DNA of 64,000 nt from an uncultured Spirochaetota bacterium (GCA_963734495.1 CAVTHK010000010.1:1-64000), one strand, 5' to 3'. Counted from the first letter of the stretch, positions 21,027-32,423 are shown. The notes: generated from the letters alone by a model not told the origin. Translations and numbers: made by a program.

Positions 21027-22619
21027 ATGAGCCGCACGGAAGCCGCGATCGCGGAACGGCGGACCCTCGACGAGCTCGTGAGAGCCGGCTCGCTTCTGGC
21101 GGGTCAGACGGATTTCCGGGCCCTCGCCTCGATCCTCGTCGAGCAGGCCCTGGACGTCAGCCGCTCCGATCTCGCCGCCCTCTATGTCCCCGTCGATCCG
21201 GACGATCGCCGCGGCGACTTGCGCCTGTTCTACAGGCGCGGCCGCGACGCAGCGCCGGAGCGGCTCGGCGGACGCAGCCCGCTCGTCGAGTTCGTCCGCG
21301 ACTGCGGCGAGGCGGTGGTACTGCTCGAGAGGCGCGCGGGGCCGTTCGAAACCCTCCTCCTCGCGCGCGCCATGGAGAGCGGCATCGCCGTGCCGATCTC
21401 CACCCCGAAGGCAGCGATCGGCCTCCTCTTCGTCAACTCGCTGGAGCGGCTGCACTACGACCGGAGGAGATTTCATTTCCTCGATTCCTACTGCAAGCTC
21501 GCCTCGGGCATGCTCCACAACTCGCGGCTCTTCCAGGATCTCAAGGAGACCCTCGCCCGCGTCCAGGGCCTGGAGCGCTACCAGGCGAGCATCTTCGAGT
21601 CCATGACCAACCTGCTGGTCGCAACCGACGAGTCGGGCCGGCTGCGCTACTTTAACCGCAGCGCCGCGGAAACCCTGCGCCTGACCGCAAGCGACCTCGA
21701 CAAGCCGCTGGCCGAGGTCATGGGACGCGCGGTCGACCGCAGGCTCATGCGCGCCCTCGACCGCGCCGCGACCGAAGGCGGCGAGCTCGCCGGCGTCCAG
21801 GGCATCTACCGCCTTGCGGACCGGGAGATCGACTTCGCGCTCAACGCGTCGCCGCTCAAGGGCCCGCGCGGGCGGGTCGAGGGCATGACGCTGCTCATCA
21901 CCGACCAGAGCCGGGAGAGGGAGCTTGCGGGCCGGGTCGAGCAGATCAGCGAGGAGCGTCGTCTGATCAAGGACATGTTCTCGCGCTATCTTTCCGCGGA
22001 GATCGTCTCGCATCTCGTCGAATCGCCCCAGCTGGTGCGGCTCGGCGGCGACAAGAAGGAGGCGACGATCTTCTTCGCCGACATCCGCGGCTACACCTCG
22101 TTCTCCGAGGGCAAGGACCCGGAGTTCATCATCGAGGTTCTGAACCAGTATTTCTCGGAGGCGGTCGAGGTGGTCATCCGCCACCGCGGCTACATCGACA
22201 AGTTCATCGGCGACGCGATCATGGCGGCCTGGGGCGTGCCGCTGCAGAGCGTGGCCGACGACGCGCGCGAGGCGGTGACGGCGGCGCTCGAGATCCAGCA
22301 GCTGGTCGGCTCGCGGCAGCGCACGTTCTTCCGCCACTCGGCCTCGCGTCTCAAGATCGGCATCGGCATGCACACGGGCCCCGTCGTCGCCGGGAACCTC
22401 GGCAGCGCGCGCCGCATGAACTACACGGTGATCGGGGACACGGTCAACGTCGCCGCGCGCCTCGAGGGCGTCGCCGGGCCGGACGAGGTCATCATCACCG
22501 AAGAGACGCGGCGGCACCTCGGCGACGGCTTCGTCGTGGAGCCGCGCAGGCCTGTCAGCGTCAAGGGCAAGAGCGAGCCCATCCGCATCTTCCGGGTCCT
22601 GCGGAAGCTCTCGGCATAG
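21027..22619 (+). CDS. Class III adenylate cyclase with GAF and PAS domains
   Basis: FFADIRGYT, IDKFIGDAIMA, GMHTG, NYTVIGDTVNVAARLE, with GAF and PAS-like N-terminal segments. Confidence 0.9.
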   Translation: MSRTEAAIAERRTLDELVRAGSLLAGQTDFRALASILVEQALDVSRSDLAALYVPVDPDDRRGDLRLFYRRGRDAAPERLGGRSPLVEFVRDCGEAVVLLERRAGPFETLLLARAMESGIAVPISTPKAAIGLLFVNSLERLHYDRRRFHFLDSYCKLASGMLHNSRLFQDLKETLARVQGLERYQASIFESMTNLLVATDESGRLRYFNRSAAETLRLTASDLDKPLAEVMGRAVDRRLMRALDRAATEGGELAGVQGIYRLADREIDFALNASPLKGPRGRVEGMTLLITDQSRERELAGRVEQISEERRLIKDMFSRYLSAEIVSHLVESPQLVRLGGDKKEATIFFADIRGYTSFSEGKDPEFIIEVLNQYFSEAVEVVIRHRGYIDKFIGDAIMAAWGVPLQSVADDAREAVTAALEIQQLVGSRQRTFFRHSASRLKIGIGMHTGPVVAGNLGSARRMNYTVIGDTVNVAARLEGVAGPDEVIITEETRRHLGDGFVVEPRRPVSVKGKSEPIRIFRVLRKLSA

Positions 22620-22703
22620 AGGTCCGGCGGGTCCCGGCGGCGCGGCGGCAAGGAGACGGCGGGCGACGGCGCCCGGGCCCTGCCGCCTGATCGAGGAGGC
22701 TTC

Positions 22704-25280
22704 ATGAGACAGCTCCTGGCGCTCGCCCGTCACCTCCCCCTGTGGCAGCTCGCCGCAGCGGCGGCGGCCGCCGCCCTGCTGGCGCTTGCGGCGGCCTGGC
22801 GGCTGGCCGCGCGAGCCGCCTTTGTCGCGGCGCTGCGCCGCGTCGCGCAGGACCCCGAGGGCGCCGGCCCGGGATTCCGCGCGAGGTACCGGTCGCGCGC
22901 GATTCTCTCCCGCTCCCGCCTGGTCGAGCGGCAGGCTTCGAGCAGCGGCGCCGCCGTCGTGCGCGCCACCGGGATCGACGACCTGTGGATCGACCGCTTC
23001 GTGGAGAGGCGGTCAAAGAGAGATCTCGAGCGGATCCTGAAGTGGGTGGCGCCCCGGGGACTGTTCACCTGCTTCGTCGAGGTCATGGAGAAACCCCGCC
23101 TTGCGCCCCTGCTGTTCGCCTGGCTGAGGGCGCCGGAAGGCAGCCTGGACGTGCATCGGCTCGCCCTGGCCGGCCGGGGCGAGGCGTTCGACGGGGCGGC
23201 CGCGCGGAAGACCTTCGCCGACCATCTCGACGACATCCGCCGCATGACCGGCGACCCGGAGTGGCCCTCGCGCTACTTCGCGGCGAGAGTGCTCGTCCAC
23301 GACGGCGACGAGCGCTCCGTGCGCGCGCTCTGGGAGGCCCTGCGCGACAGCCACCCGCTGGTGCGGCGCACCGCGATCGAAGGGTTCGCCGCGCCGGACC
23401 GCGGGCGGCTCTCCGAGGAGCTGCACCGGCTCCTGGTCGACGACCCGGTCTACGAGGTTCGCCGCGCGGCCTGGGACCGCATCCACCGCGAGCTCGAAGA
23501 CCTCTACCGCGTCAACCCGGACACGCTCACCGACGTCCAGGCCTACCACGTGCTCGAGCTGCTGCGGCCCGACTCGAAGTACGACGAGAACGTGGCGCTC
23601 AAATACCTCGCAGGCGACAACCTCGAGCAGAGGCTGGCCGCGGCCCGGTTCCTCGAGCGTTCCCTCGCGCTGGAGCGTCTCGCCCAGGAGGTGGACCTCG
23701 GGGACCGCGAGGGGCTCGAGCGCAACTGCGAGCTCCTGCGCAAGGCCTGCGAGGTGGGGACCACCGGCTTTCTCGGCATCGTCGAGCGGACGAGCAAGCC
23801 CTCCACGCTGCTCGTGTGCGCGCGGCTGCTCGCCGACTGCGGCAGCCGGACGCTCATCCCCAATCTCGCCCGCAAGGTCTTCAGCCTCTACCGCGGGGGC
23901 GCGGACCACGACGAGCTTTACCGCGCAGCCGTGCGCGCTGTGGCCGGCCGCGGCCCCGGCGCGGCCCTCGTCGACCTCAACCGCGAGCTTCTCAAGCGCC
24001 GGGCCGACGAGAAGCCCCTCGCGATCATCCTCGCCGAGCTTCCCCCGAGCGGCGATCACATCTTCGAGGACACGCTCGTCGCCTTTCTCAAGGACCCGGA
24101 TTTCCCGATCAGGGCCGAGCTGCGCGAGGCGATCCGCAGGGTGATGCCGCGCGCAATCCTTCCGGTGCTCTTCGACATCCTGCACTCGGAGCGGCGCGCC
24201 TGGCCCCACGCGGTCCGCATCCAGGCCCTGGAGCTGCTTGCGGAGCTGGGCCTCCCGTACTGCCTGCAGGCCGTGCTCGAGAACCTGCCCGTCCTGCCGG
24301 TCGAGGAGGCGGTGGCGTTCGCCGAGGTGCTCACGCGCTTCCCGCGCGCCGACCTCACGCGCAAGGTCGAGGCGCTGCTTGCCGGCCCGGACGCGCGCCT
24401 GCGCGCGTCCCTCATCGCGGTGCTCCCCGCCACCGGCGACAAGGACTACGTCCGCGTCGTCCGCCCCTGCCTGAGGGACGCGGACCCCGACGTCCGCGTC
24501 GCCGCGGTGTGGGCGCTCGTGCAGATGGGCGATACGCGCTCGCTGAACCAGGCGCTGGACATGCTTCGCGACCCGGTGGAGCGCGTGCGGGCGGCGGCGG
24601 CGCGGGCGATCGGCGCCCACGGCTCCGAAGAGTCGCTGCGGAGCCTCAGGGACGTGCTCGCCGACCGCAACGAGGTCGACGCGGTGCGCGCGGCGGCCGT
24701 TGTCGGGCTTGGCGCTTCGACCTCCGAGAGCGCGGTGGACATCCTCATCGACCGCCTCAAGGAGGAGCGATCGCTGCGCGAGACGATCACCGAGGCCCTC
24801 GCGTCCCAGACCTCGCGCCGGGCTCTCGCCCGCGCCATCGAAGGCTTCAAGGATGCGGACCCCGCCCTCCGCGACCTGCTCGCGCGCGCGTTCCGGCGCA
24901 TGGGCGCGGCGGGCGAGCAGGCGCTCGCGGGCCTCCTCGAGGAGGACATCCCTTCGCTCAAGCCGCTGGTCGCCGACCTGCTCGACGCCACCGGCTGCGT
25001 GGAGGAGCGCATCCGCCGCCTCGCCCATCGCGACCCGGCGGTCCGCCGGGAGGCCGCCGAGTTCCTCTCGCGCGTCGGAAGCCGCGCGGCGTTCCGCGGA
25101 ATCGTGCTCGCTGCCCGCGACCCCGACGAAGAGGTCAGGGTTCGCGTCGTCAAGGCGCTCGAGCGACTGGAGACGGAGTCGGGCAAGGAGATCCTCGAAG
25201 CCCTCAAGGACGACCCGGAACGCCGCGTGCGCACCTACACCGCGTGGGCGCTCGAGAGGCTGCGAGCCAAGGCCCTGTAG
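22704..25280 (+). CDS. Membrane-anchored HEAT-repeat protein
   Basis: N-terminal hydrophobic helix and repeated L.D.D..VR..AA.AL motifs. Confidence 0.8.
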   Translation: MRQLLALARHLPLWQLAAAAAAAALLALAAAWRLAARAAFVAALRRVAQDPEGAGPGFRARYRSRAILSRSRLVERQASSSGAAVVRATGIDDLWIDRFVERRSKRDLERILKWVAPRGLFTCFVEVMEKPRLAPLLFAWLRAPEGSLDVHRLALAGRGEAFDGAAARKTFADHLDDIRRMTGDPEWPSRYFAARVLVHDGDERSVRALWEALRDSHPLVRRTAIEGFAAPDRGRLSEELHRLLVDDPVYEVRRAAWDRIHRELEDLYRVNPDTLTDVQAYHVLELLRPDSKYDENVALKYLAGDNLEQRLAAARFLERSLALERLAQEVDLGDREGLERNCELLRKACEVGTTGFLGIVERTSKPSTLLVCARLLADCGSRTLIPNLARKVFSLYRGGADHDELYRAAVRAVAGRGPGAALVDLNRELLKRRADEKPLAIILAELPPSGDHIFEDTLVAFLKDPDFPIRAELREAIRRVMPRAILPVLFDILHSERRAWPHAVRIQALELLAELGLPYCLQAVLENLPVLPVEEAVAFAEVLTRFPRADLTRKVEALLAGPDARLRASLIAVLPATGDKDYVRVVRPCLRDADPDVRVAAVWALVQMGDTRSLNQALDMLRDPVERVRAAAARAIGAHGSEESLRSLRDVLADRNEVDAVRAAAVVGLGASTSESAVDILIDRLKEERSLRETITEALASQTSRRALARAIEGFKDADPALRDLLARAFRRMGAAGEQALAGLLEEDIPSLKPLVADLLDATGCVEERIRRLAHRDPAVRREAAEFLSRVGSRAAFRGIVLAARDPDEEVRVRVVKALERLETESGKEILEALKDDPERRVRTYTAWALERLRAKAL

Positions 25281-25377
25281 GGCCGGCCGAGGCCGGCGCC
25301 GCTCGCTTGATGCCCCGCTTACGCGCATGCGACGATTCACGCAGGGCCTGCGACGGCCCGCACCAGGGAGGTCACGC

Positions 25378-26469
25378 ATGAAGATCGAGAGAGTCAAGGC
25401 TCAAGTCTACCGCGTCCCGGTCACGCCGTTTCTGATGAGCGAGGCGCGCACGCGCAGCGTGGTGCTGGTGCGCGTCGAGACCGACCAGGGCATCGCGGGA
25501 ACGGGCATCTCGGCGATGAACGAGGGCTTCGCCCTCCGCGAGTTCCTCAACGCCGAGCTCGCCCCCTTCGTGGCGGGCCGGGACCCGATGGACACCGAGC
25601 GCCTGTGGGACGACGTCTACTGGGAGTTCAACCAGCGCAGCCTGAGCGGGGTCGTGAGCCACGGGATGTCGGCCTTCGACCTGGCCGTCTGGGACATCAA
25701 GGGCAAGCGCCTCGGCCAGCCCGTCTGGCGCCTGTTGGGCGGCCATGCCGCGAAGGTCCCCGCCTACATCACGTTCGGCCTCGGCGAGTACGACATCGAC
25801 CAGCTCGTTCAGGCGGCGAAGCACTTTGTCGCGGAAGGCCAGGACAAGCTCAAGATGGTCGTGGCGACGGGGCGCGGCACGCAGGTCGAGGAGGACGCGC
25901 GGCGCGTGCGGGCCGTCCGCGACGCCATCGGCGACGGGATCCAGCTCATGGTCGACGCCAACCACCTCTTCGACTTCACCTCGGCTTACCGGCTGTGCCG
26001 GCTGATCGAGCCCATGGACATCAGCTGGTTCGAGGAGCCCATCCGCGCGAACGACGTGCGGCAGCTCGCCGAGCTGCGCACGCGCACGAGCATCCCGATC
26101 TCGGCGGGGCAGAACGAAGGCTTCCGCTTCCGCCACCGCGACCTGATGGTCGGCGCTGCCGTCGACCTGGTCCAGCCCAACGTGCTGAGCGTCGGCGGCT
26201 ACACGGAGGCGATCAAGGTGGCGCACATGGCGCACGCCTGGAACCTCAAGGTGGCCAACGGCGGCGGGTGGCCTCACCACAACGCGCACCTGATCGCCGC
26301 GGTCCCGAACGGCTGGCGCGTCGAGTTCCACGCCCAGACCTGGCGCGTCGGAGAGACGCTGTTCCGCGATCCTCCGGGGCCCGTCAAGGGCTGGGTCACG
26401 CTGACGGAGCAGCCCGGGCTCGGCCTCGAGCCGCGCGAGGACGCGCTCAGGGACTGCCTGGTGAAATAG
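25378..26469 (+). CDS. Mandelate racemase/muconate lactonizing enzyme family protein
   Basis: DLAVWDIKGK, MVDAN, WFEEP, PGLGLE. Confidence 0.88.
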   Translation: MKIERVKAQVYRVPVTPFLMSEARTRSVVLVRVETDQGIAGTGISAMNEGFALREFLNAELAPFVAGRDPMDTERLWDDVYWEFNQRSLSGVVSHGMSAFDLAVWDIKGKRLGQPVWRLLGGHAAKVPAYITFGLGEYDIDQLVQAAKHFVAEGQDKLKMVVATGRGTQVEEDARRVRAVRDAIGDGIQLMVDANHLFDFTSAYRLCRLIEPMDISWFEEPIRANDVRQLAELRTRTSIPISAGQNEGFRFRHRDLMVGAAVDLVQPNVLSVGGYTEAIKVAHMAHAWNLKVANGGGWPHHNAHLIAAVPNGWRVEFHAQTWRVGETLFRDPPGPVKGWVTLTEQPGLGLEPREDALRDCLVK

Positions 26470-26483
26470 CAGGCGGCCGGCGC

Positions 26484-27114
26484 TCAGTTGTGCGCCGACA
26501 GCGCAGCGCCCACGCCGAGCCCGATGTAGACGGCCGCGGACCCGTAGCGCTGCGCGCCCGCGAAGAGGCGGCTTCGGGAGAGCACGCCGCGCAAGGTCCC
26601 CGAGAGCAACGCGTACGAGCTGTCCGTGCACGTGGCCATCCCGACGAACAGCAGCCCGAGTGAGATCACCTGCAGGGCCACGGGCCGTCCCGAAGGCTCC
26701 ACGAACTGGGGAAGGAAGGCGAGGAAGAAGAGCGCGGTCTTCGGGTTCAGAACGTTGACGACGACGCCCTGGAGGAATATGCGGCGCGCGCCGCTCGTCT
26801 CGCCGACCGCGGCGGGCATTGCGGCCGCCGGTTCGGCGAGCCGGCGGACTCCCAGGTACACGAGGTAAGCGGCGCCGAGGACCTTGACGACCGCGTACAG
26901 GGCGGCGGAGCCCGCCAGCAGCGCGGAAAGCCCAAGGGCCGCGGCAGAGACGTGGACGAGGCTTCCGACCTCGATGCCCGAGCACGGAAACCAGGCCCGC
27001 CTTCCTGCCCTGGCTGACGCTGCGCGTGACGATGTACAGCACGGCCGGCCCCGGAATCAGGAGCAGGGCGAGCGACGCGGAGACGAAGATGAGGAGACGC
27101 GCGCCGCCGACCAT
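26484..27114 (-). CDS. LysE/RhtB family amino-acid exporter; frameshift near 26975
   Basis: PGPAVLYIV and NVLNPKTALFFLAFLPQF in two frames. Confidence 0.85.
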
Positions 27115-27128
27115 GTGACCTCCCGGAG

Positions 27129-27942
27129 TCAGGGCGCCCCGGACCGCGCCCGGCGGCAGAGGGCCCGCAGCAGCTCCATGCGCCGGATTCCTTTCGCAAG
27201 CGCCTCGGAAAGCAGCGCCCGATACGCGGCGAGCTCGCCGGAGATTTCCGCTGCCCGGCTCCCCGAGCGGGCGGCCAGCTCACCTGAGGAGTGGGCCAGC
27301 AGGGCCGCAGCCTCGGCGTCGGGGGCGGCCTCGAAGCGGCCCGCGCCTGCGTCGTACCCGAGCACGCGGGCGTGTCCCCCCGCGCCGTCGGCGAGACGCA
27401 TCTCCGTGACGCGCCGCCTGCCCGCGACCTCCGCCATCACGGCCACGACGTCGACGCGCGCGAGGTCCTCGCGCCGCGTCCCGAGGGGAGCGCCCGAGAG
27501 CTTGCGGATCACGCCGGCGCAGCTCTCGGCGTGCAGCGTCGCCGCAATCGCGCAGCCGGCGCCGATCATCGAGATGAGCCTCCCGATCTCGGGCCCCCAC
27601 AGGTAGCCGTAGTAGGAGGCGTCGTTGATCTCGTGCACCAGCAGGCAGCTCGGATGGCCCGGGGCCGGCCGGTCCAGGACGGCGCCGTCGTCCACCGTGA
27701 CGCACTCCGTCGACGCCGGCAGAAACGCGAGCGAGGCGCCCAGCAGCGTCGTCTTGCCGACGCCGCCGGGGCCCGCTGCCGCGAGCATGCTCGCGCCGCG
27801 GCTCGATCGCGCAGGCCAGGAGCGCCGCGCTCTCCAGCGGCAGCGTGCCCGCGTCGAGCAGGTCCGCGAGGCTCAGCATGCGGCCCCCGCGCTGATTGAG
27901 CCCGTCGATGGCCCGTTGATTGGAGGAATCGAAGTCAGCCAT
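27129..27942 (-). CDS. Short P-loop ATPase related to CpaF/VirB11 secretion ATPases; frameshift near 27800
   Basis: LSLADLLDAGTL, GPGGVGKTT (Walker A), LLVHEI (Walker B-like), ATLHA (His box). Confidence 0.6.
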
Positions 27943-28041
27943 GGCGACGGCGCCGATCCTATTACGGCGGCCTCCCCCGCTGCAACGTGTTGCGCACGGG
28001 AGCGCGCGCGTGTAGATTAGCGACACCTTCGGGAGCATAAG

Positions 28042-29558
28042 ATGTCCCTCTACGAAAAGTACCCGGTCAGCCTCTACAACACCCTCTCGCGGACCAGGGA
28101 GCGCTTCGAGCCCCTGCACTCGCCTCACGTCGGGCTCTACGTGTGCGGCCCCACGGTCTACGGTCCGCCGCACCTCGGCCACGGCCGTTCAGCGCTGACC
28201 TTCGACCTCGTCTTCCGCTACCTCCGCCACCTCGGCTACCAGGTGCGCTACGTGCGCAACATCACCGACGTCGGCCACCTGGAGCACGAGGTCGCGGGCG
28301 CCGGCGAGGACAGGATCGCGAAGCAGGCGCGCCTGGCGAAGCTCGAGCCCATGGAGGTCGTGCAGATCTACACGCTCGCCTACCGCGAGGCGCTCCGCCG
28401 ACTGAACGCGCTGCCCCCGAGCATCGAGCCGCAGGCGAGCGGCCACATCATCGAGCAGATCGAGTTCGTGCGCCGCATCGCCGCCAACGGCTACGCCTAC
28501 GAGACAAACGGCAGCGTGTACTTCGACCTGGCCAAATACGCGCGCAAGCACCGCTACGGCGAGCTCTCCGGCAAGGTGCTCGACGACCTCCTCTCGGGCA
28601 CGCGCGACACCGCCGGGCTCGACGAGAAGAGGAGCCCCTTCGACTTCGCGCTGTGGAAGCGCGCGGAGCCGGAGCACCTGATGAAGTGGCCCTCGCCCTG
28701 GGGCGAGGGCTTCCCCGGCTGGCACATCGAGTGCTCGGTGATGAGCACCAAGTACCTGGGGGAGACCTTCGACATTCACGGGGCCGGGATGGACCTCGAG
28801 TTCCCGCACCACGAGGCCGAGATCGCGCAGAGCACCGCGGCCCTCGGTCACGCGAGCGTGCGCTACTGGATGCACAACAACATGATCACCATCGGCGGGC
28901 AGAAGATGGCCAAGTCGCTGGGCAACTACATCACGCTCGATCAGCTCTTCAGCCGGCGATCACCCGGTGCTCGAGCAGGCGTACAGCCCGATGACGATGC
29001 GCTTCTTCGTGCTGCAGAGCCACTACCGCAGCCCCGTCGACTTCTCGAACGAGCCCCTCAAGGCTGCGGAAAAGGGCTACCGGCGCCTGATGAACGCGCT
29101 CGCCGCCGCCCGCGCGCTGGCGGCGGGAGCGCAGGAGGCCGCGGCCGCCGGCGCCCGCCACGGCCGCCGACCGCGAGCTCGCCGCGCTCGTGGACGCGGC
29201 CTACAGCCAGCTCAGCGACGACTTCAACACGCCGCAGGCGCTCGCCACGCTGTTCGATCTCGGCTCGCGCCTCAACGCGCTCCGCGAGGGGCAGGCCTCC
29301 GCCGCGGCCGTGAGCAGGCCGGTGCTGGCATCGGTGTGCGCGCAGTTCGCCGCCCTCGTCACCGACGTGCTCGGCCTCTTCGAGGAGCGCGAAGGCGCGG
29401 ACAGGCTCGACGCCGTCGTGCGGATCCTCATCGACATGCGGAACGAAGCGCGCGCGCGGCGCGACTTCGCCGCGGCCGACGCGATCCGCGACCGGCTCAA
29501 GGCCGCCGGCGTGCAGCTCCACGACGGCAAGGACGGCACCGGCTTCAGCCTCGAGTGA
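28042..29558 (+). CDS. cysS: Cysteine--tRNA ligase; frameshifts near 28955 and 29165
   Basis: [44 protein letters not shown]. Confidence 0.95.
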
Positions 29559-29581
29559 CGCCGGTCGGCGGGAGGTGCGGA

Positions 29582-29986
29582 TTGGACCACATCGATCGCG
29601 CGTTCCGCGCGGCCTGCGAGGCCAGGGAGCGGGCCCACGCCCCCTACTCGGGCTTCCGCGTCGGCGCGGGGATCAAGGTGAAGGGCGACGACCGCATCTT
29701 CGCCGGCTGCAACGTGGAGAACGCGAGCTACGGGGCGACCATCTGCGCCGAGCGCTCGGCGGTCATGGCCGCGATCTCGCAGCTCGGCAGGCGCGAGCTC
29801 GAGCTCGTGGTGGTCGTCGCCGAAGCCGACCCGCCTTCGGCCCCGTGCGGCATCTGCAGGCAGGTTCTTGCCGAGTTCGCCGCGGGCGACCTCCCTGTCT
29901 ACCTCGCGACTCCCGCCGGCGTCCGGGAGCGGACGACCCTCGACGAGCTGCTCCCTCGGCGCTTCGACCTGAACGACCGCAGATAG
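29582..29986 (+). CDS. cdd: Cytidine deaminase
   Basis: [36 protein letters not shown] start after GGAGGT. Confidence 0.92.
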   Translation: MDHIDRAFRAACEARERAHAPYSGFRVGAGIKVKGDDRIFAGCNVENASYGATICAERSAVMAAISQLGRRELELVVVVAEADPPSAPCGICRQVLAEFAAGDLPVYLATPAGVRERTTLDELLPRRFDLNDRR

Positions 29987-30071
29987 CGGGCTCGACGGCT
30001 CGAGCGGCCGGGGCGTTCGCGAGCGCCCCCCGTATCGGCGCCCAGACGGCCGCGTCTGCCTTCCTTCATAC

Positions 30072-30115
30072 TTGATCTGTCCAATCATCTTTTGTATCTT
30101 GATTTAGTCAATTAA
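30072..30115 (+). promoter_or_regulatory. Tandem imperfect palindromes (TTGAT-N7-ATCAT and TTGAT-N7-ATTAA), candidate Rrf2-family operators
   Basis: AT-rich island directly upstream of the cysteine synthase RBS, with the two sites 27 bp apart. Confidence 0.55.
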
Positions 30116-30126
30116 CAAGGACAACA

Positions 30127-31126
30127 ATGCCGAACCATTCGACACGCGTCTACGAAGACGTGTTCGAGATGCTTCCCGACGAGGACAACCCGTCGCCGCT
30201 CGTCCGAGTCAACCGCCTCAATCCGCGTCCGGAGTTCGCGCTGTACGCCAAGCTCGAGTGGATGAACCCGTTCGGCTCGGTGAAGGACCGGGCGGCGTGG
30301 GCCATGCTCCGCGATCTCGAGGAACGGGGCGAGATCGGCGGCGGGCGCGGGATCGTGGAGCCGACCTCGGGCAACACCGGGATCAGCCTGGCGGCCATGG
30401 CCGCGGTGCGCGGCTACCCCATGCTCGCGGTGATTCCCGAGAGGGTGCCCGAAGAGAAGAAGGCGCTGCTGCGAATCGCCGGCGCCGACGTCGAGGCGCT
30501 GAGCGACGCGCTCTGTCCGGTCCCCGGCCAGGGCGGCGGCACGATCAACATGGCCAAGACCCACGCCAAGGCGCAGAGGGAACGCTTCGTCCTGCCCAAC
30601 CAGTACGAGAACGAGCGCAACGTCGAGGCCCACGTCCGAACCACCGGGCCCGAGATCTGGAGGCAGAGCGAAGGCCGCGTGACGCACGTGTTCTGCTCGC
30701 TGGGCACCTGCGGGACCGTGACCGGCATCTCCCGCTATCTCAAGGCGCAGAACCCCAAGGTCCGCATCGTGGCGGTGCAGCCGACCGAAGGGCACGACGT
30801 GCCCGGCCTGCGCAACGTGAGCGAGCTCGCGGTGACCAGGCTCTACGACCCGGCCGGCCATCGACGCGATCCTCGAGGTCGACTACGAGATGGCCTACAG
30901 GCGCGCGCTCGACCTCGCGAGGACCGAAGGGCTGTTCGCGGGGCCGAGCTCCGGCCTCGTGCTGGAGGGCGCGGTCCGCTACCTCGGCGAGCGAGAGGAG
31001 GCGGCACCCGGATTCGGCGTGATGATCTTCGCCGACAACGTCTTCAAGTACGTGTCGAGCATGCTCAGGCACATCCCTGAGCTCAGGGGCGAGGTACCGG
31101 CGGGGGCCCGCACGGGCTCCCGATAG
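30127..31126 (+). CDS. PLP-dependent cysteine synthase family protein (CysM-like); frameshift near 30860
   Basis: AKLEWMNPFGSVKDR, EPTSGNTG, GTCGT, GLFAGPSSG. Confidence 0.88.
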
Positions 31127-31146
31127 ACCGAGATTCGGAGGGTTCC

Positions 31147-31993
31147 ATGGGATACGCGCATCCCGAAGTCCTCGTGGAGACCGACTGGGTCAAGGAGCAC
31201 GTCGGCGATCCGAAGGTCCGGCTCCTGGAGGTCGACGTCGACACCAGGGCCTACGACGCCGGGCACATCCGCGGCGCCGTCGGGATCAACTGGCAGACGC
31301 AGCTCCAGGACCAGCGTCCGGCGCGACATCATCGGCAAGGAGGATTTCGAGCGCCTGATGGGCGCCTCGGGCGTCTCCCCGTCGGACACCGTCGTGATCT
31401 ACGGCGACAACAACAACTGGTTCGCGGCCTACGCGTTCTGGCTGTTCAAGATCTACCGCCACGACGACGTGCGGCTGATGAACGGCGGCAGGCAGAAGTG
31501 GCTCGACGAGCCCGACAAGGAGCTCACGGTCGAGCCCACTGTGGTCAAGCCGGCCCAGTACCGCGCCTCGACCGCCGACTACAGCCTGCGCGCGCTGCTG
31601 CGCGACGCCATCGCGGCCTCGGAGTCGCGCGGCGCGGTCGGCCTCGTCGACGTGCGCAGCCCCGACGAGTTCAGCGGCAAGGTGATCGCCCCTCCCGGCA
31701 TGAGCGAGACGGCGCAGCGGGGAGGACACATCCCGAACGCCCGCAGCGTGCCCTGGATGACCGCGGTCGCGGCGAACGGGACCTTCAAGAGCTACGACGA
31801 GCTCCACGACCTCTACGTGAAGCAGAAGGGCCTCGACCCGTCGTCGCCGACGATCGCCTACTGCCGCATCGGCGAGCGCTCGAGCCACACGTGGTTCGTG
31901 CTGAAGTACCTGCTCGGGTTCAAGAACGTCCGCAACTACGACGGGAGCTGGACCGAGTACGGGAACCTGGTCGGCGCGCCGATCGAGAGGTAG
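31147..31993 (+). CDS. Two-domain rhodanese/thiosulfate sulfurtransferase (CysA/SseA-like); frameshift near 31315
   Basis: GHIRGAV, RLMNGGRQKW, GHIPNA, YCRIGERS, YDGSWTEYG. Confidence 0.92.
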
Positions 31994-32423
31994 CCGCTGC
32001 CGGCCGCTCCGGCGCTCCGGTCCATTCGCTCGCGCCGTCGGCGTAGTGCTCCTTTTTCCAGATCGGGACCCGCCGCTTGACCTCGTCGATGACGTAGCTG
32101 CACGCGGCGAACGCCGGGCCGCGGTGGGCCGCGGTGACGCCGATCCAGACCGCGGCCTCGCCGACCGCGAGGCGCCCCAGGCGGTGGACGCACCGCACCG
32201 AACCCACGTCGAACCTTTCCTCGGCTTCGACGGCGACGCGCTCGCCTTCCTTGAGGGCGAGCGTCCCGTACGCCTCGTACTCGAGCGCGGTCACCGCGCG
32301 GCCCTCGTTTTCCGCGCGCACCCACCCCTCGAAGGTGACGAGCGCGCCGGCCGCGGCGTCCCGCAGCCCGGCCGCCAGGCTCGCGGGATCGAGCGGATCG
32401 GGGCTCACGGAGAATCGTTCCAT
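31920..32423 (-). CDS. moaE: Molybdopterin synthase catalytic subunit MoaE
   Basis: GALVTFEGWVR, LEYEAY, HRLGRL, AAHR, VPIWKKEHY. The 3' end overlaps the convergent gene. Confidence 0.9.
   Translation of the reverse strand: MERFSVSPDPLDPASLAAGLRDAAAGALVTFEGWVRAENEGRAVTALEYEAYGTLALKEGERVAVEAEERFDVGSVRCVHRLGRLAVGEAAVWIGVTAAHRGPAFAACSYVIDEVKRRVPIWKKEHYADGASEWTGAPERPAAATSRSARRPGSRTRSSSRRSCGRS

Noticed and set aside
28042-29558. Programmed frameshifting or true pseudogenes in cysS, trxB and others
   Set aside because: No slippery sequences at the breaks I examined and too many unrelated genes are affected, so sequencing error is more parsimonious.
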